NCBI GenBank assembly: GCA_963705305.1
Contig: OY970067.1
Coordinates: 640,001 to 704,000, forward strand
Direction of reading: 5' to 3'
Origin: an uncultured Methylomirabilota bacterium
GTDB lineage: Bacteria; Methylomirabilota; Methylomirabilia; Methylomirabilales; 2-02-FULL-66-22
Length of the DNA: 64,000 nucleotides
A program made the translations under genes and the position numbers. Within the stretch, counting starts at the first letter, position 1. Each line of letters opens with the position of its first letter. Shown piece after piece: positions 46,333 to 55,957 of the stretch. Below the pieces are notes generated by a model. The model saw only the letters and a list, made by a program, of their open reading frames with translations. It was not told where the DNA came from and ran no database searches.

Positions 46333-48972
46333 ATGCGAACTGACCGACCGACGGGGAAAGGCGGGCTTCGCAGCCGCCTCATGCTGGCATTCCTTCTCGT
46401 CGGACTTGTTCCGGCGGCAGCGGGAGGCTTGCTGGGCGCCCGGCAGAGCCTGCGGGCCACCCAGGCGGCCCGGCTGGAAAGCGAGGAGCGCCTCATCGCC
46501 CTGTCCGCCGAGGCCGTGGCGGCGACCTTGCGGAACGGCCTCTGGATCCTGGAGGCGGCCGCCCAGGACGATCATCTGCGGCGGATGGCGGCGGCGGACG
46601 ATCGGGCCATGCTGGGCCTCAAGCTGCGGGAGATCCGCACACACTACCCCGACTTGGCCTCGGTCCTGGTCCTGAATGCATCGGGGGTCTTGCTGGCCAG
46701 CGGTCCGGATGCAAGCGCGATCGGCCAGGGCTTTCGGTACCTGGACTACTACCAGGGGGTTCTGCGGTCTCACAGCCCGTACATCTCGCCGGTGCCGTTT
46801 CAGGCGGGGGCGACCCGGATTCCCTCCCTGGCCGTTGCCGCTCCCATCCTGGGTCCCCGGGGCGACCTGCGCGGGGTCCTGGCTGCCACCTTTGCCTTGG
46901 AAAATCTGAGCCAGTTGCTGGATCCCCACCGTAGCGGCGGGCAGAGCCGCACCGACCGCGGCGTCATCTACCTCGTAGCGCCTTCTGGAACAATCCTCGC
47001 CCACTCCGACCCCGCCAAGTGGGCCACCCCGGTGGCCGAGAACGACGCCGGGGCCCGCGCCGCCCTGGCCGGCCGCCAGGGCTCCGTCACCTGGACGGCC
47101 TCCGATGGGACCGGCCGCACCAGCGTGTTCGCGCCTCTCCCGAAGCTTGGCTGGGGGCTGGTCTACACGCAGACCGCCAGCTCCTGGCTCTCCGCCCTCT
47201 CGGATCCGTTCCCCGGCATCCTGCCGGCCCTCCTCGTCGTGCTCGTCATGGCCGTCGTGGGTGGAACGCTGGCCGCCCGTCATCTCTCGCGACCCATCCT
47301 GAGGCTCCAGGAGGCGGCTTCGCGGCTGCGCGACGGGGATTTCTCCGCTCGCCTCCCTGAGAACCGCCAGGACGAGCTGGGAGACCTGGCGGCCGCTTTC
47401 AACCGCACGGCTGCCTCGCTCCAGGAGCTGTATAACAACCTGGAGGCAAAGGTGGCCGAGCGCACGGCCATCCTGAAGTCCACCAATTTGGAACTGGCCA
47501 GGGCCTCGCAGGTGAAATCGGAATTCCTGGCCCGCATGTCCCACGACCTGCGAACGCCCCTGAACGCCATCATCGGATTTACCGACCTGTTGCTGACGGC
47601 TCACGGCGATCCGCTGACGAACCACCAGCGCCGGTATCTGGGCCACGTGGCGAACGCCAGCCGTCACCTGCTGGATCTGATCAACGATATACTGGATCTC
47701 ACGCGCGTGGAGGCCGGCCGCCTGGAGATTCACCCGGTGCCCTGCCGGGTGGCCCCGTTGCTCGAGGAGGTGCTGGCCCTCTTCCGGAAACAGGCCCAGG
47801 ACCGGCGGATCTCCCTCACGCTGGAGGTCGGCTCTCCCCTAGGAGAGCTGCTGGTGGACCGGGTTCGCCTTCAGCAGGTCCTCCACAATCTCCTGTCCAA
47901 CGCGCTCAAGTTCACACCCGATGGGGGCATGATCGCCCTCGCAGCCCAGCAGATCGGATTGGAGCAGGAATTCACCGTCCGGGACACGGGGCCGGGCATT
48001 CCGGGCGAGGATCAGGAGCGAATCTTCGAGGCCTACGAGCAGGCCGGCACGCCGGAAGGGCAGCAGCGGGGCTCCGGCCTGGGTTTGGCCATAACCAAGC
48101 GGCTGGTGGAGCTGCACGGCGGAAAGATCTGGGTGGAGAGCGCGGTGGGGCAGGGCAGCGTTTTCAAAGTCCGGATGCCGGGCGCCTCCGCCGTCGAGGG
48201 CGAGCCGCAGGCCTCCGGGACCCCGGGGCATCTGGTGCTGGTCATCGAGGACGAGCTGCAAACGGCCGAGATGATCCGGGCCCACCTGACGCGGGGCGGC
48301 TACCGTGTGGCCCTCGTCGCCAGCGGCCACGCGGGGGTGGGGGCGGCCAAGCGCCTGCAGCCGCAGGCCATCATCCTGGACCTGGGCCTACCGGACCTGG
48401 ACGGATGGGAGGTGCTCTACCGCCTGAAGCGCGATCCGGCAACGCAGGACATCCCGGTCCTCATCGTCAGCGCCCAGGAACAGGGGCGACTCGGGCTCAG
48501 CCTGGGGGCCGTGGACTGGCTGCTGAAGCCGCTGGATCACGACCGGCTCATGGCGGCGCTGCAGCGCTGCCGGGAGCTGGGCGTGCCTACTCGCTCGTTC
48601 CGCATCCTCGTGGTGGACGACGAGCCGGCCGTCTTGGAGGCCCTGGAGGCGTTGCTGGCCAAGGAGGGTCACACCATCTGGCTGGCACAGGATGGCGACG
48701 AGGCCCTCCGCCGGGCTGAGCAGGATCCGCCCGACATCGTCCTGCTAGACCTGCACCTGCCGGGGCTGAGCGGATTCGAAGTTGTGAACCGGCTCCGCCG
48801 GATCCCGGGGATGGAAACGGCGCCCATCATCGCCTTCTCGGGCAAGTTCGTTTCGTCCGAAGAGCGGACGATGCTCACACAGCAAGCGGTCCAGTTCGTC
48901 GGAAAGTACGGGGCCGTGACGCTGAATCGACTGCTGGAGGATTTGCGGCGCATCAGCTTCCTCGCCAACTAA
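46333..48972 (+). CDS. Hybrid sensor histidine kinase (Cache-HAMP-HisKA-HATPase-REC-REC)
   Basis: MSHDLRTPLN H-box, NLLSNALKF, DTGPGI, GSGLGL, two receiver domains. Confidence 0.95.
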   Translation: MRTDRPTGKGGLRSRLMLAFLLVGLVPAAAGGLLGARQSLRATQAARLESEERLIALSAEAVAATLRNGLWILEAAAQDDHLRRMAAADDRAMLGLKLREIRTHYPDLASVLVLNASGVLLASGPDASAIGQGFRYLDYYQGVLRSHSPYISPVPFQAGATRIPSLAVAAPILGPRGDLRGVLAATFALENLSQLLDPHRSGGQSRTDRGVIYLVAPSGTILAHSDPAKWATPVAENDAGARAALAGRQGSVTWTASDGTGRTSVFAPLPKLGWGLVYTQTASSWLSALSDPFPGILPALLVVLVMAVVGGTLAARHLSRPILRLQEAASRLRDGDFSARLPENRQDELGDLAAAFNRTAASLQELYNNLEAKVAERTAILKSTNLELARASQVKSEFLARMSHDLRTPLNAIIGFTDLLLTAHGDPLTNHQRRYLGHVANASRHLLDLINDILDLTRVEAGRLEIHPVPCRVAPLLEEVLALFRKQAQDRRISLTLEVGSPLGELLVDRVRLQQVLHNLLSNALKFTPDGGMIALAAQQIGLEQEFTVRDTGPGIPGEDQERIFEAYEQAGTPEGQQRGSGLGLAITKRLVELHGGKIWVESAVGQGSVFKVRMPGASAVEGEPQASGTPGHLVLVIEDELQTAEMIRAHLTRGGYRVALVASGHAGVGAAKRLQPQAIILDLGLPDLDGWEVLYRLKRDPATQDIPVLIVSAQEQGRLGLSLGAVDWLLKPLDHDRLMAALQRCRELGVPTRSFRILVVDDEPAVLEALEALLAKEGHTIWLAQDGDEALRRAEQDPPDIVLLDLHLPGLSGFEVVNRLRRIPGMETAPIIAFSGKFVSSEERTMLTQQAVQFVGKYGAVTLNRLLEDLRRISFLAN

Positions 48973-49013
48973 TCTGTCCTCAGTTTCGAAATTCGAATTT
49001 TCTCTTTCGGTTC

Positions 49014-49070
49014 TGCCCTGCCCCTCTGCGCCTTTTCGCCCCTGCGCCTCTGCCTCCCCGCGCCCCCCCT
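49014..49070. repeat. Octamer-periodic pyrimidine-rich repeat in convergent spacer
   Basis: cctctgcg-ccttttcg-cccctgcg-cctctgcc-tccccgcg. Confidence 0.5.
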
Positions 49071-49144
49071 GGCCGCTGCCGCTGGGCCTGCTCCCCCCTG
49101 CGGACCCGGAGCCCTCATTCGCCCCAAGGCCGCGCGCACTGCCC

Positions 49145-50167
49145 CTAGGCGGCCTTCGTTTCCATCTCCTTGGAGTACGTGCCGAAACGGGCGGACCCGT
49201 TGCAGCTGGCCCGGCGGGCGAAGAGCTGCTGGGCCTGGCGGACGTTGGCGGCGTTCCCCCGCCACGCCTGGAGCGACGGCTCCTGCAGGGCGCGGCCGTA
49301 CGAGAAGCTGAGCTGCCAGGGATGCGGCCCCATCGCGTTCATCGCGTTGAGGTTCTCCGTCGCCTGCTCCGCGGACTGCCCGCCGGAGAGGAAGACGATC
49401 CCCGGAACGGCCGCCGGCACCGCTCGGCGGAGACACTCCAGGGTCGCTGCGGCGACCTGCGCGGGCGTCGCTTGCTCCTTGCAGGCCTTGCCAGAAATGA
49501 CCATGTTCGGCTTGAGCAGCATCCCCTCCAGCAGGATGCGATGCTCTCCCAGCCGCCCGAAGACCGCGCGCAGGACAGCCTCCGTGACCCCCTCACAGCG
49601 CCGGATGTCGTGGTCGCCGTCCATCAGCACCTCGGGCTCGACGATGGGAACCAGGCCAGCCTCCTGGCTCAGGGCGGCGAATCTGGCCAGGTTCTCCGCA
49701 TTGGTTTCGAGACAGGCGCGGCTCGGCATGCCCGCCCCGATCGTGATGACGGCCCGCCACTTGGTGAACTTGGCCCCCAGCTCGCGGTAGTGCGACAACC
49801 GGTCGCGCAGTCCGTCCAACCCTTCCGTCACCTTCTCGTCGGGGAATCCCGCCAGCGGCGCTGTGCCCTTGTCCACCTTGATGCCCGGGAAGATCCCCCG
49901 CCCCGCCAGCAGTGCGGGAAACGGAGTCCCCTTGGGGCCGCTCTGGTGAATCGTCTCGTCGAACAGGATCACGCCGCTGATCCACCGCTCGATCTCGGGG
50001 GTCGTGAACAGCATCTCCCGGTAGGCGCGCCGCGTCTCCTCCGTGGACTCCACTCCCACCCCCTTGAACCGCTTGCCGATCGTTCCCATGCTCTCGTCCG
50101 CCGCCAGGATCCCCTTGCCTTTCAGAACCAGACTGCGCGCAACGGATTCCAGCTGCGTCGTGTTCAT
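49145..50167 (-). CDS. Class I fructose-bisphosphate aldolase (eukaryote-like type)
   Basis: KGILAADES, GIKVDKG, KWRAV, PIVEPE, LLKPNM, FLSGGQ, FSYGRALQ motifs. Confidence 0.96.
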   Translation of the reverse strand: MNTTQLESVARSLVLKGKGILAADESMGTIGKRFKGVGVESTEETRRAYREMLFTTPEIERWISGVILFDETIHQSGPKGTPFPALLAGRGIFPGIKVDKGTAPLAGFPDEKVTEGLDGLRDRLSHYRELGAKFTKWRAVITIGAGMPSRACLETNAENLARFAALSQEAGLVPIVEPEVLMDGDHDIRRCEGVTEAVLRAVFGRLGEHRILLEGMLLKPNMVISGKACKEQATPAQVAAATLECLRRAVPAAVPGIVFLSGGQSAEQATENLNAMNAMGPHPWQLSFSYGRALQEPSLQAWRGNAANVRQAQQLFARRASCNGSARFGTYSKEMETKAA

Positions 50168-50334
50168 GATCCGTCTTCCCCCTTCCCGTCCGACCCGCTC
50201 CGCCCATCGGATCGGGCGCTCATTTCTTGTTCCCAAGAACCACCAGCGCCGCAACTACTTCCTCTCACCCGAATGGTCCTCGTCCGAATGCGACCCGCTC
50301 AACCCCCCACTGATCTTGTCGGAGATCCGCTTGA

Positions 50335-50469
50335 TCATGCCGGGCGGGCGAACCTCGCGCCGCACCCCGGGCAGACCAGCTCCTCCTCCGGATACTCTCC
50401 TTCCGGGAAGGTCGCGACGAGACGATCGCAATTGGAGCACCTGAACTGAACACGCGTGTGTTCGCTCAT
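50335..50469 (-). CDS. Small zinc-ribbon-like protein (CxxC...CxxC)
   Basis: MSEHTRVQFRCSNCD...LVCPGCG after gagggg RBS; may continue in another frame to 50255. Confidence 0.5.
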   Translation of the reverse strand: MSEHTRVQFRCSNCDRLVATFPEGEYPEEELVCPGCGARFARPA

Positions 50470-50563
50470 CACATTCCATCCCCTCACAAGGGGTGCGACC
50501 TCGCTCCCGCTTTTCTGACAACGCGGCGTGACGACTCCCCTGTCTCGATGATACACTGCTAAC

Positions 50564-50995
50564 ATGGCTCGCGCACTCGACGTCACCGACACCGTCCGCA
50601 TCCCGCCTCGCGGCCTGAGCATCCGCACCCTCCGGTCCTCCGGACCAGGGGGACAGGCCGTCAACAAGCTGGCCACGAAGGTGGTGCTCCGCGTGGAGCT
50701 GGACGCCGTCCAGGGCCTCTCCCCGGCCGCCCGCGAGCGGCTGCGCGCCCTGGCCCGCCGCCGCCTGGACCGCGACGGGTACCTCGTCGTCTCCAGCCAG
50801 GCCTCCCGCGAGCAGGCCCGGAACCTGGAGGACGCCCGCCAGAAGGTCCGGCGCCTGGTCCTGGCGGCCCTGCGGGAGCCGAAGCGGCGTCACCCCACCC
50901 GCGTGCCGGCGGCCGTGCGCGAAGCCCGCCTCCGGGCCAAGAAGGCTCGTGCCGCCCTGAAGCAGAAGCGCGGGCGGCGCCCTGAGGCGGAGTGA
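50564..50995 (+). CDS. arfB: Alternative ribosome rescue peptidyl-tRNA hydrolase
   Basis: RSSGPGGQAVNK and basic C-terminal tail. Confidence 0.93.
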   Translation: MARALDVTDTVRIPPRGLSIRTLRSSGPGGQAVNKLATKVVLRVELDAVQGLSPAARERLRALARRRLDRDGYLVVSSQASREQARNLEDARQKVRRLVLAALREPKRRHPTRVPAAVREARLRAKKARAALKQKRGRRPEAE

Positions 50996-51168
50996 CGGGG
51001 CCGGCCCCCGCCGCGGACGGCGCCAGGAGAAAGGACGCCCGGCCTCAGCTGGTTCGCCGACGGAGTTCGTGCAGCCGATCGTCGAATGGAGGAAGGCAAC
51101 GAATGGATGGGTGGCCGGCGGATCCCGCAGGGGGCGGGGAAAGGATGGGAATACGGCCGAATCGAGGA

Positions 51169-52584
51169 ATGCTCCATCCAGACCGAGGGGCCGAAGGAGC
51201 GCCCGACCCTGCCGGGCCCCCGCACAACCGCCGGCCCGGCCGCCACGCCCCGCTCATCGGGCTGGCGTGCACGGCCCTGCTCCTCGGCGCTGCCTCGGCG
51301 GCCTGGGCGGTCGCCGGGGAATCCTCCCCCCGTTTCGGTCCGATCCTCTTCGCCCTGGCCATGCTCTTGGTCGCGGCCAAGGCCGGCGGCCTGGTCGCGG
51401 AGCGGCTGCGACAACCCCCGGTGCTGGGAGAGCTGCTGGTCGGCATCGGCCTGGGGAACTTCGTTGGTCCCTTCTTCGGCCAGGCGGGAATCGCCTTCGT
51501 TCGATCGGAGCCGACACTCACCGTCATGGCGGAGGTCGGCGTCCTCATCCTGCTCTTCGATGTGGGGCTGGAGGCTGACCTGCGCGCCCTCTTTCGCGTA
51601 GGGCTGTCCTCCCTGCTGGTGGCGCTCATCGGGATCGTCGTACCCATCGGACTGGGATGGGCGGCCGCGGCATGGTTCCTGCCCGACAGTCCGACCCTGG
51701 TGCACGCCTTCGTGGGGACGACGCTGGCCGCGACCAGCGTGGGAATCACCGCCCGGGTGCTGAAGGACCTCGGCGCGACCCAGCGCCCCGAAGGTCAGAT
51801 CATTCTGGGGGCGGCTCTCCTTGATGACGTCCTCGGCCTGGTGGTCCTGGCACTTGTCACCGGGATGGTAACGGCGGCCGCCGGGGGCGCCCCGCTTTCC
51901 GGGCTGGGCGTGGCCGGGATCATCGTGCGCGCTGCGCTTTTCCTCGCGCTCATCGTAGGGCTCGGGCACTTCCTGTCGTCCCCCATCGTCCGGCTGGCCG
52001 GGCGCACCGGACATCCCGAGACGATGCTCGTCATCGGTCTGTGCCTCTGCTTCGCGCTCGCATATGCGGCGGAACTGGTGGGTCTGGCGGACATCGTGGG
52101 CGCCTTCGCCGCCGGGCTGTTCCTGGATCCCTACGGCGAGGGGGTCCGGACCGGCGACGAGCATGCCACGCTCACCGAGCTCCTCCATCCCCTCGCCACC
52201 CTTTTCGTGCCCCTCTTTTTCGTCCTCATGGGCATCCAGGTGGACCTGGCGAGCCTGGCGGACCCCGCGGCGCTCGGACTCGCCGCGGTGCTCATCCTCT
52301 GCGCCATCGCGGGAAAACTGGCCTGCGCCGTCGGGATTCTGGCCGAAGGGGTCAGCCGGCTGGCAGTGGCCATCGGCATGATCCCGCGCGGGGAGGTCGG
52401 GTTGATCTTCGCCGGCATCGGGACCAGCCTGACACTTCACGGCCGTCCCATCCTCTCGCAGAGCCTATTCTCCGCAATCGTCCTCATGGTCCTGGTCACC
52501 ACCATCGTGGCCCCGGTCGGGTTGCGCTGGTCGCTCGGATCTCGGCCGGGCCGCAAGGGGGAGGCACGCCCGACCCGCCCCTGA
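51169..52584 (+). CDS. Cation:proton antiporter (CPA2/NapA-like); start uncertain
   Basis: GVLILLFDVGLE, ATSVGITARVL, AALLDDVLGL, GMIPRGEV motifs. Confidence 0.88.
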   Translation: MLHPDRGAEGAPDPAGPPHNRRPGRHAPLIGLACTALLLGAASAAWAVAGESSPRFGPILFALAMLLVAAKAGGLVAERLRQPPVLGELLVGIGLGNFVGPFFGQAGIAFVRSEPTLTVMAEVGVLILLFDVGLEADLRALFRVGLSSLLVALIGIVVPIGLGWAAAAWFLPDSPTLVHAFVGTTLAATSVGITARVLKDLGATQRPEGQIILGAALLDDVLGLVVLALVTGMVTAAAGGAPLSGLGVAGIIVRAALFLALIVGLGHFLSSPIVRLAGRTGHPETMLVIGLCLCFALAYAAELVGLADIVGAFAAGLFLDPYGEGVRTGDEHATLTELLHPLATLFVPLFFVLMGIQVDLASLADPAALGLAAVLILCAIAGKLACAVGILAEGVSRLAVAIGMIPRGEVGLIFAGIGTSLTLHGRPILSQSLFSAIVLMVLVTTIVAPVGLRWSLGSRPGRKGEARPTRP

Positions 52585-52694
52585 GCGAGGAAGAATTCCG
52601 ATCCCCAGCCAGACGACAAACAAGTCCGCCAGGCCCGCGGCCTCTAGGCCTCTGCGCTGACAGTGCCAGGGTAGGCGACCGATGACGGTCGGAT

Positions 52695-54029
52695 TCAGGA
52701 CTTGCGGCCCGAAGCGGCCTGCGCCTGCAGGGCGGAGTGGAGCTGCTGGAGGAGCGAGTCTCGGGCGGCGAGAAAGGCCGGCCGGGAGGATCGGGAAATG
52801 GGCACGCCCGGCAGGAAGGTCCGCTTCAGCGGATTGACGAACTTGCCGTCCTTGACGACCCGGTAATCCAGATGTGGACCCGTGGCCAGCCCCGTAGAGC
52901 CCACATAGCCGATTACCTGTCGCTGCCTGACCCGGCCTCCCCGACGGATTCCCTTTCCAAATCGCGAGAGATGGTTGTACATCGTCTTGAAGTTGGCCCG
53001 GTGCCGCAGCATGACGGTGTTGCCGTTTCCGCCCTTCCGCCCCACGAACTCGACCGTTCCGTCCGCCACCGCCCAGACCGGCGTGCCGGTAGGGGCCGCG
53101 TAGTCAATGGCAAGATGCGGGCGGACTCCCCCCAAAATGGGGTGACGCCTGGCGTGAGTGTACCCGGAGCTGATTCGGGTGAATTCCACGGGTGCCTTCA
53201 GGAACGCCCGCCGCAGCGACTCTCCACTCGGCGTGTAGTAGCCTCCGCGCTTCTTCTCCCGGAAGTAGATGCCGGTGTGGACTCTGCCGTCCTCTTCCTC
53301 GTACTCGGCAACCAGGATCCGACCGTACTTCACGAACTGATCTCCCGTGTAGACCTTCTCCACCAGCATCCGGAAGCGGTTCCCGGGCTGGGAATCCGCG
53401 GCAAAATCGAAGTCCCAGGCGAAGATCTCGGCAAAGTCGAGAACAAGCTGGGCCTGTTCACCCAGCGTCTCGATGCTGTCAAATAGATTCCCCTCCAGAG
53501 TCCCGGCCACCAGAGCCACCCGGCGCTCGACCGGGACGTCGCGCTTGGAGGCCGTCCACTTTTCGCCGTCTCGTTGCGCTTCGACGATGTCCACCGGGCT
53601 TTGCCGGACGACGACCCTGGTCACGGTCCCGGCCGCATCCTTGTGGACCTCGATGTCGTTGCGGGGTCTGAGTCGGCGGAAATCCAAGTGGTCCCGAAAG
53701 GCCTGGGCGAGCTTGTGTGCCAGCTCCCGCGGAAGGCCGTGTGCTGTCAGGGCTTCAGTGAAGGTGCGGCCTTTGCTGAGCGTGATCGATGTTGGGGCGG
53801 GAGGGGAGACGCCTGCGGGGGTGGACCTTTGGAAGACGACCGGGGCCGTGTTCCGGTGAGACCTGCCATGCAGGAGACTGACCCCGATCGCAAGGTGGAC
53901 TGCAATCAGGACCCCCACGCCTACCAGGATCCAACGGGGGATTCTCCCGGAGCCGGCGCGTCGTTCTCGTCTTGTCTTGGGCGCGTGGTCCTGGATCATC
54001 CAACCCTGGGGCGGCCTGAGGCCGCGCAA
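52695..54029 (-). CDS. M23 family peptidoglycan DD-endopeptidase (MepM-like); start uncertain
   Basis: TM anchor; HPILG..RPHLAIDYAAP.GTPV, YNHLS, TGPHLDY motifs. Confidence 0.92.
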   Translation of the reverse strand: MRGLRPPQGWMIQDHAPKTRRERRAGSGRIPRWILVGVGVLIAVHLAIGVSLLHGRSHRNTAPVVFQRSTPAGVSPPAPTSITLSKGRTFTEALTAHGLPRELAHKLAQAFRDHLDFRRLRPRNDIEVHKDAAGTVTRVVVRQSPVDIVEAQRDGEKWTASKRDVPVERRVALVAGTLEGNLFDSIETLGEQAQLVLDFAEIFAWDFDFAADSQPGNRFRMLVEKVYTGDQFVKYGRILVAEYEEEDGRVHTGIYFREKKRGGYYTPSGESLRRAFLKAPVEFTRISSGYTHARRHPILGGVRPHLAIDYAAPTGTPVWAVADGTVEFVGRKGGNGNTVMLRHRANFKTMYNHLSRFGKGIRRGGRVRQRQVIGYVGSTGLATGPHLDYRVVKDGKFVNPLKRTFLPGVPISRSSRPAFLAARDSLLQQLHSALQAQAASGRKS

Positions 54030-54172
54030 TGCCGGCTTATTCTGCCCCCATCGTCACAAACATATGACTGTGTAAAATCAAGGTCTTATATCACATACCA
54101 AAAGTGGCTTGCAATGCATTTTTGGCTAATAACCTATCCGGACTAATCACACAACCTCTGGAACAGAAGGCA

Positions 54173-54204
54173 ACGGCCGGCGGGAGAATTACCCTACCGG
54201 CCGT
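54173..54204 (-). terminator. Hairpin downstream of the RidA-family gene
   Basis: acggccggcggg...ccctaccggccgt stem; pyrimidine-rich run follows on the minus strand. Confidence 0.55.
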
Positions 54205-54250
54205 AACCAATTGTATTTGCAGCTGGTAGTTGGTGGGAGCTGCGAGATCC

Positions 54251-54709
54251 TCAGTCGCGAACGCGAACCACGATCTCCACCTCCACGGGGATGTCTAAGG
54301 GGAGCTGGTTGGTGCCGATCGCCGAGCGGGCATGCTTACCTTTCTCCCCATAGAGCTTGACGAGCAGCTCCGAGGCGCCGTTCATGACCCAGGGCTGCCT
54401 AGTGAAGCCGTCCACGGAGGCCACGAACCCCAAGAGCTTGACGACCTGCTCGACTTTGTCGAGGTCGCCGATCACGTTCTTGACGCAGGCCAGGCAGTTG
54501 ATCACGCAGATCTGGGCGGCCTTGTACCCTTGCTCTTCCGTGAGCTCGCGGCCGAGCTTCCCCGTGAACATCGGCTTTCCATCCACCGTCGGTCCCTGGC
54601 CGGCCGTGAAGACCAGGTCGCCGCTTCGCACTGCCGGGACGTAGGCCGCCAACGGCTTCGGCGTGGGGAGAATAAACCCCAGCTTTTCCAACTCCCGTTC
54701 GATCTGCAT
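54251..54709 (-). CDS. RidA/YjgF family protein
   Basis: AAYVPA, AGQ.P, NGASELL, HARSAIG..LPLD.PVEVE motifs. Confidence 0.9.
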   Translation of the reverse strand: MQIERELEKLGFILPTPKPLAAYVPAVRSGDLVFTAGQGPTVDGKPMFTGKLGRELTEEQGYKAAQICVINCLACVKNVIGDLDKVEQVVKLLGFVASVDGFTRQPWVMNGASELLVKLYGEKGKHARSAIGTNQLPLDIPVEVEIVVRVRD

Positions 54710-54742
54710 GTTGTCTCCTCCCCCCAAGGGGACGTTGTAACG

Positions 54743-55165
54743 TTAATTACCTCTTTGCCTTTCCCTCACCCGAACGTGTCCGGCGGCAATTAGCGCGTCC
54801 AACGCCCGGCCAAGCGTGGCCTGCTTGACGAGGAGATAGTCCGTGTCGTACGTGCTGACGACGAACACGCTCACTGCGGCCTCGGCCAGAGGATCGAGAA
54901 TCGACCGCAGCACGCCGATGCCGTCGAGCCGAAGTGGCCCTCGCAACCCGAGGAGGGCCCAGCCGGAGTCCGCCCGCACTTCCGGTGGTACCTCCCCAGC
55001 CCGGCAGACGACCGACAGCTCGTCCGTGGTGCGGGTGACGGAGCAGAAGTCGCCAATCTCCGCCCAGGCAGGAACAGGCGCCTGGGACGCCAGCCGGCAG
55101 ATGGCGAATTCCCCTGGAATGACAGCGAATCGAATTGGGGCAGCGGGCTGGGCGGTCATGGTCAC
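54743..55165 (-). CDS. ACT_7-type ACT domain protein
   Basis: SVTRTTDELSVVC, PLAEA.VSVFVVSTYDTDYLLV motifs. Confidence 0.85.
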   Translation of the reverse strand: MTMTAQPAAPIRFAVIPGEFAICRLASQAPVPAWAEIGDFCSVTRTTDELSVVCRAGEVPPEVRADSGWALLGLRGPLRLDGIGVLRSILDPLAEAAVSVFVVSTYDTDYLLVKQATLGRALDALIAAGHVRVRERQRGN

Positions 55166-55170
55166 ACCGC

Positions 55171-55893
55171 TTACGAAAGGCTGATGGCGTGCAAACCGAG
55201 GAAGGGGGACGGGCCGACGGACGCGCCGGGCCCGATCCCCAGGAAGTCGGCCGCACCCCAGGGACCCGACACGAGCCGCCGCAGGTAGTCCAGCGATCCG
55301 GCGATCTCCCCCGACTCGAGCCCGAAGACCTCGGCGAATTCTCGGGTGTGGGCCCGCCCCAGCGCGATGTCGCCCACCCCGTGATTGATGAAGATCACCC
55401 GCTGGTAGTTCTTCAGGAGTTCCCGCGAGATGTAGCGCGCATCCTCCTCACCGTACTTGGGGAGGTACTCCGTCTTGTAGCAGGTGAGCGAGGTGGTGCC
55501 GTACTTGGCCCAACCCGGCGTGATGTAGTAGGTGCCGGCGCAGGCCCGCACCTCCGCCTCGTACCGCTCCCGCGATCCCAACAGCAGGGCAATGCAATCG
55601 TGCACCAGCGGCATGACGATGGGCGCGCGGCGGGCCGAGACGCCGACCACGCCATTGCTGCACAACCCGTAGCCCAGAATCACCAGCTGGACGTCCGGCG
55701 GCAGGCCGTCCACCACCTCCTGGACGGCGGCCGGCATCTTGCCCGGCGTGCGGTGGAGACCCTGCGGCAGGTAGGTGCGCACCAGGCCGGCTGGCGCAAC
55801 CTCCTCGAATTCGTCCCTGAAGACCTCGCAGGCGATCAGGTGACGTTTCGCGGCAGGGATGGCTGCCCAGGAGGGCCCCACATCATTACTCAT
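55171..55893 (-). CDS. DUF1638 domain protein
   Basis: IACEVF, GLH..P, LGYGLCSNG, DCIALLLGS, YYITPGW motifs. Confidence 0.85.
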   Translation of the reverse strand: MSNDVGPSWAAIPAAKRHLIACEVFRDEFEEVAPAGLVRTYLPQGLHRTPGKMPAAVQEVVDGLPPDVQLVILGYGLCSNGVVGVSARRAPIVMPLVHDCIALLLGSRERYEAEVRACAGTYYITPGWAKYGTTSLTCYKTEYLPKYGEEDARYISRELLKNYQRVIFINHGVGDIALGRAHTREFAEVFGLESGEIAGSLDYLRRLVSGPWGAADFLGIGPGASVGPSPFLGLHAISLS

Positions 55894-55957
55894 GACGTTC
55901 CACAATCTGGAAATCCAGAACGAAAAGTCGGCAACCGACCGCCATCCCGGCCCGGAC

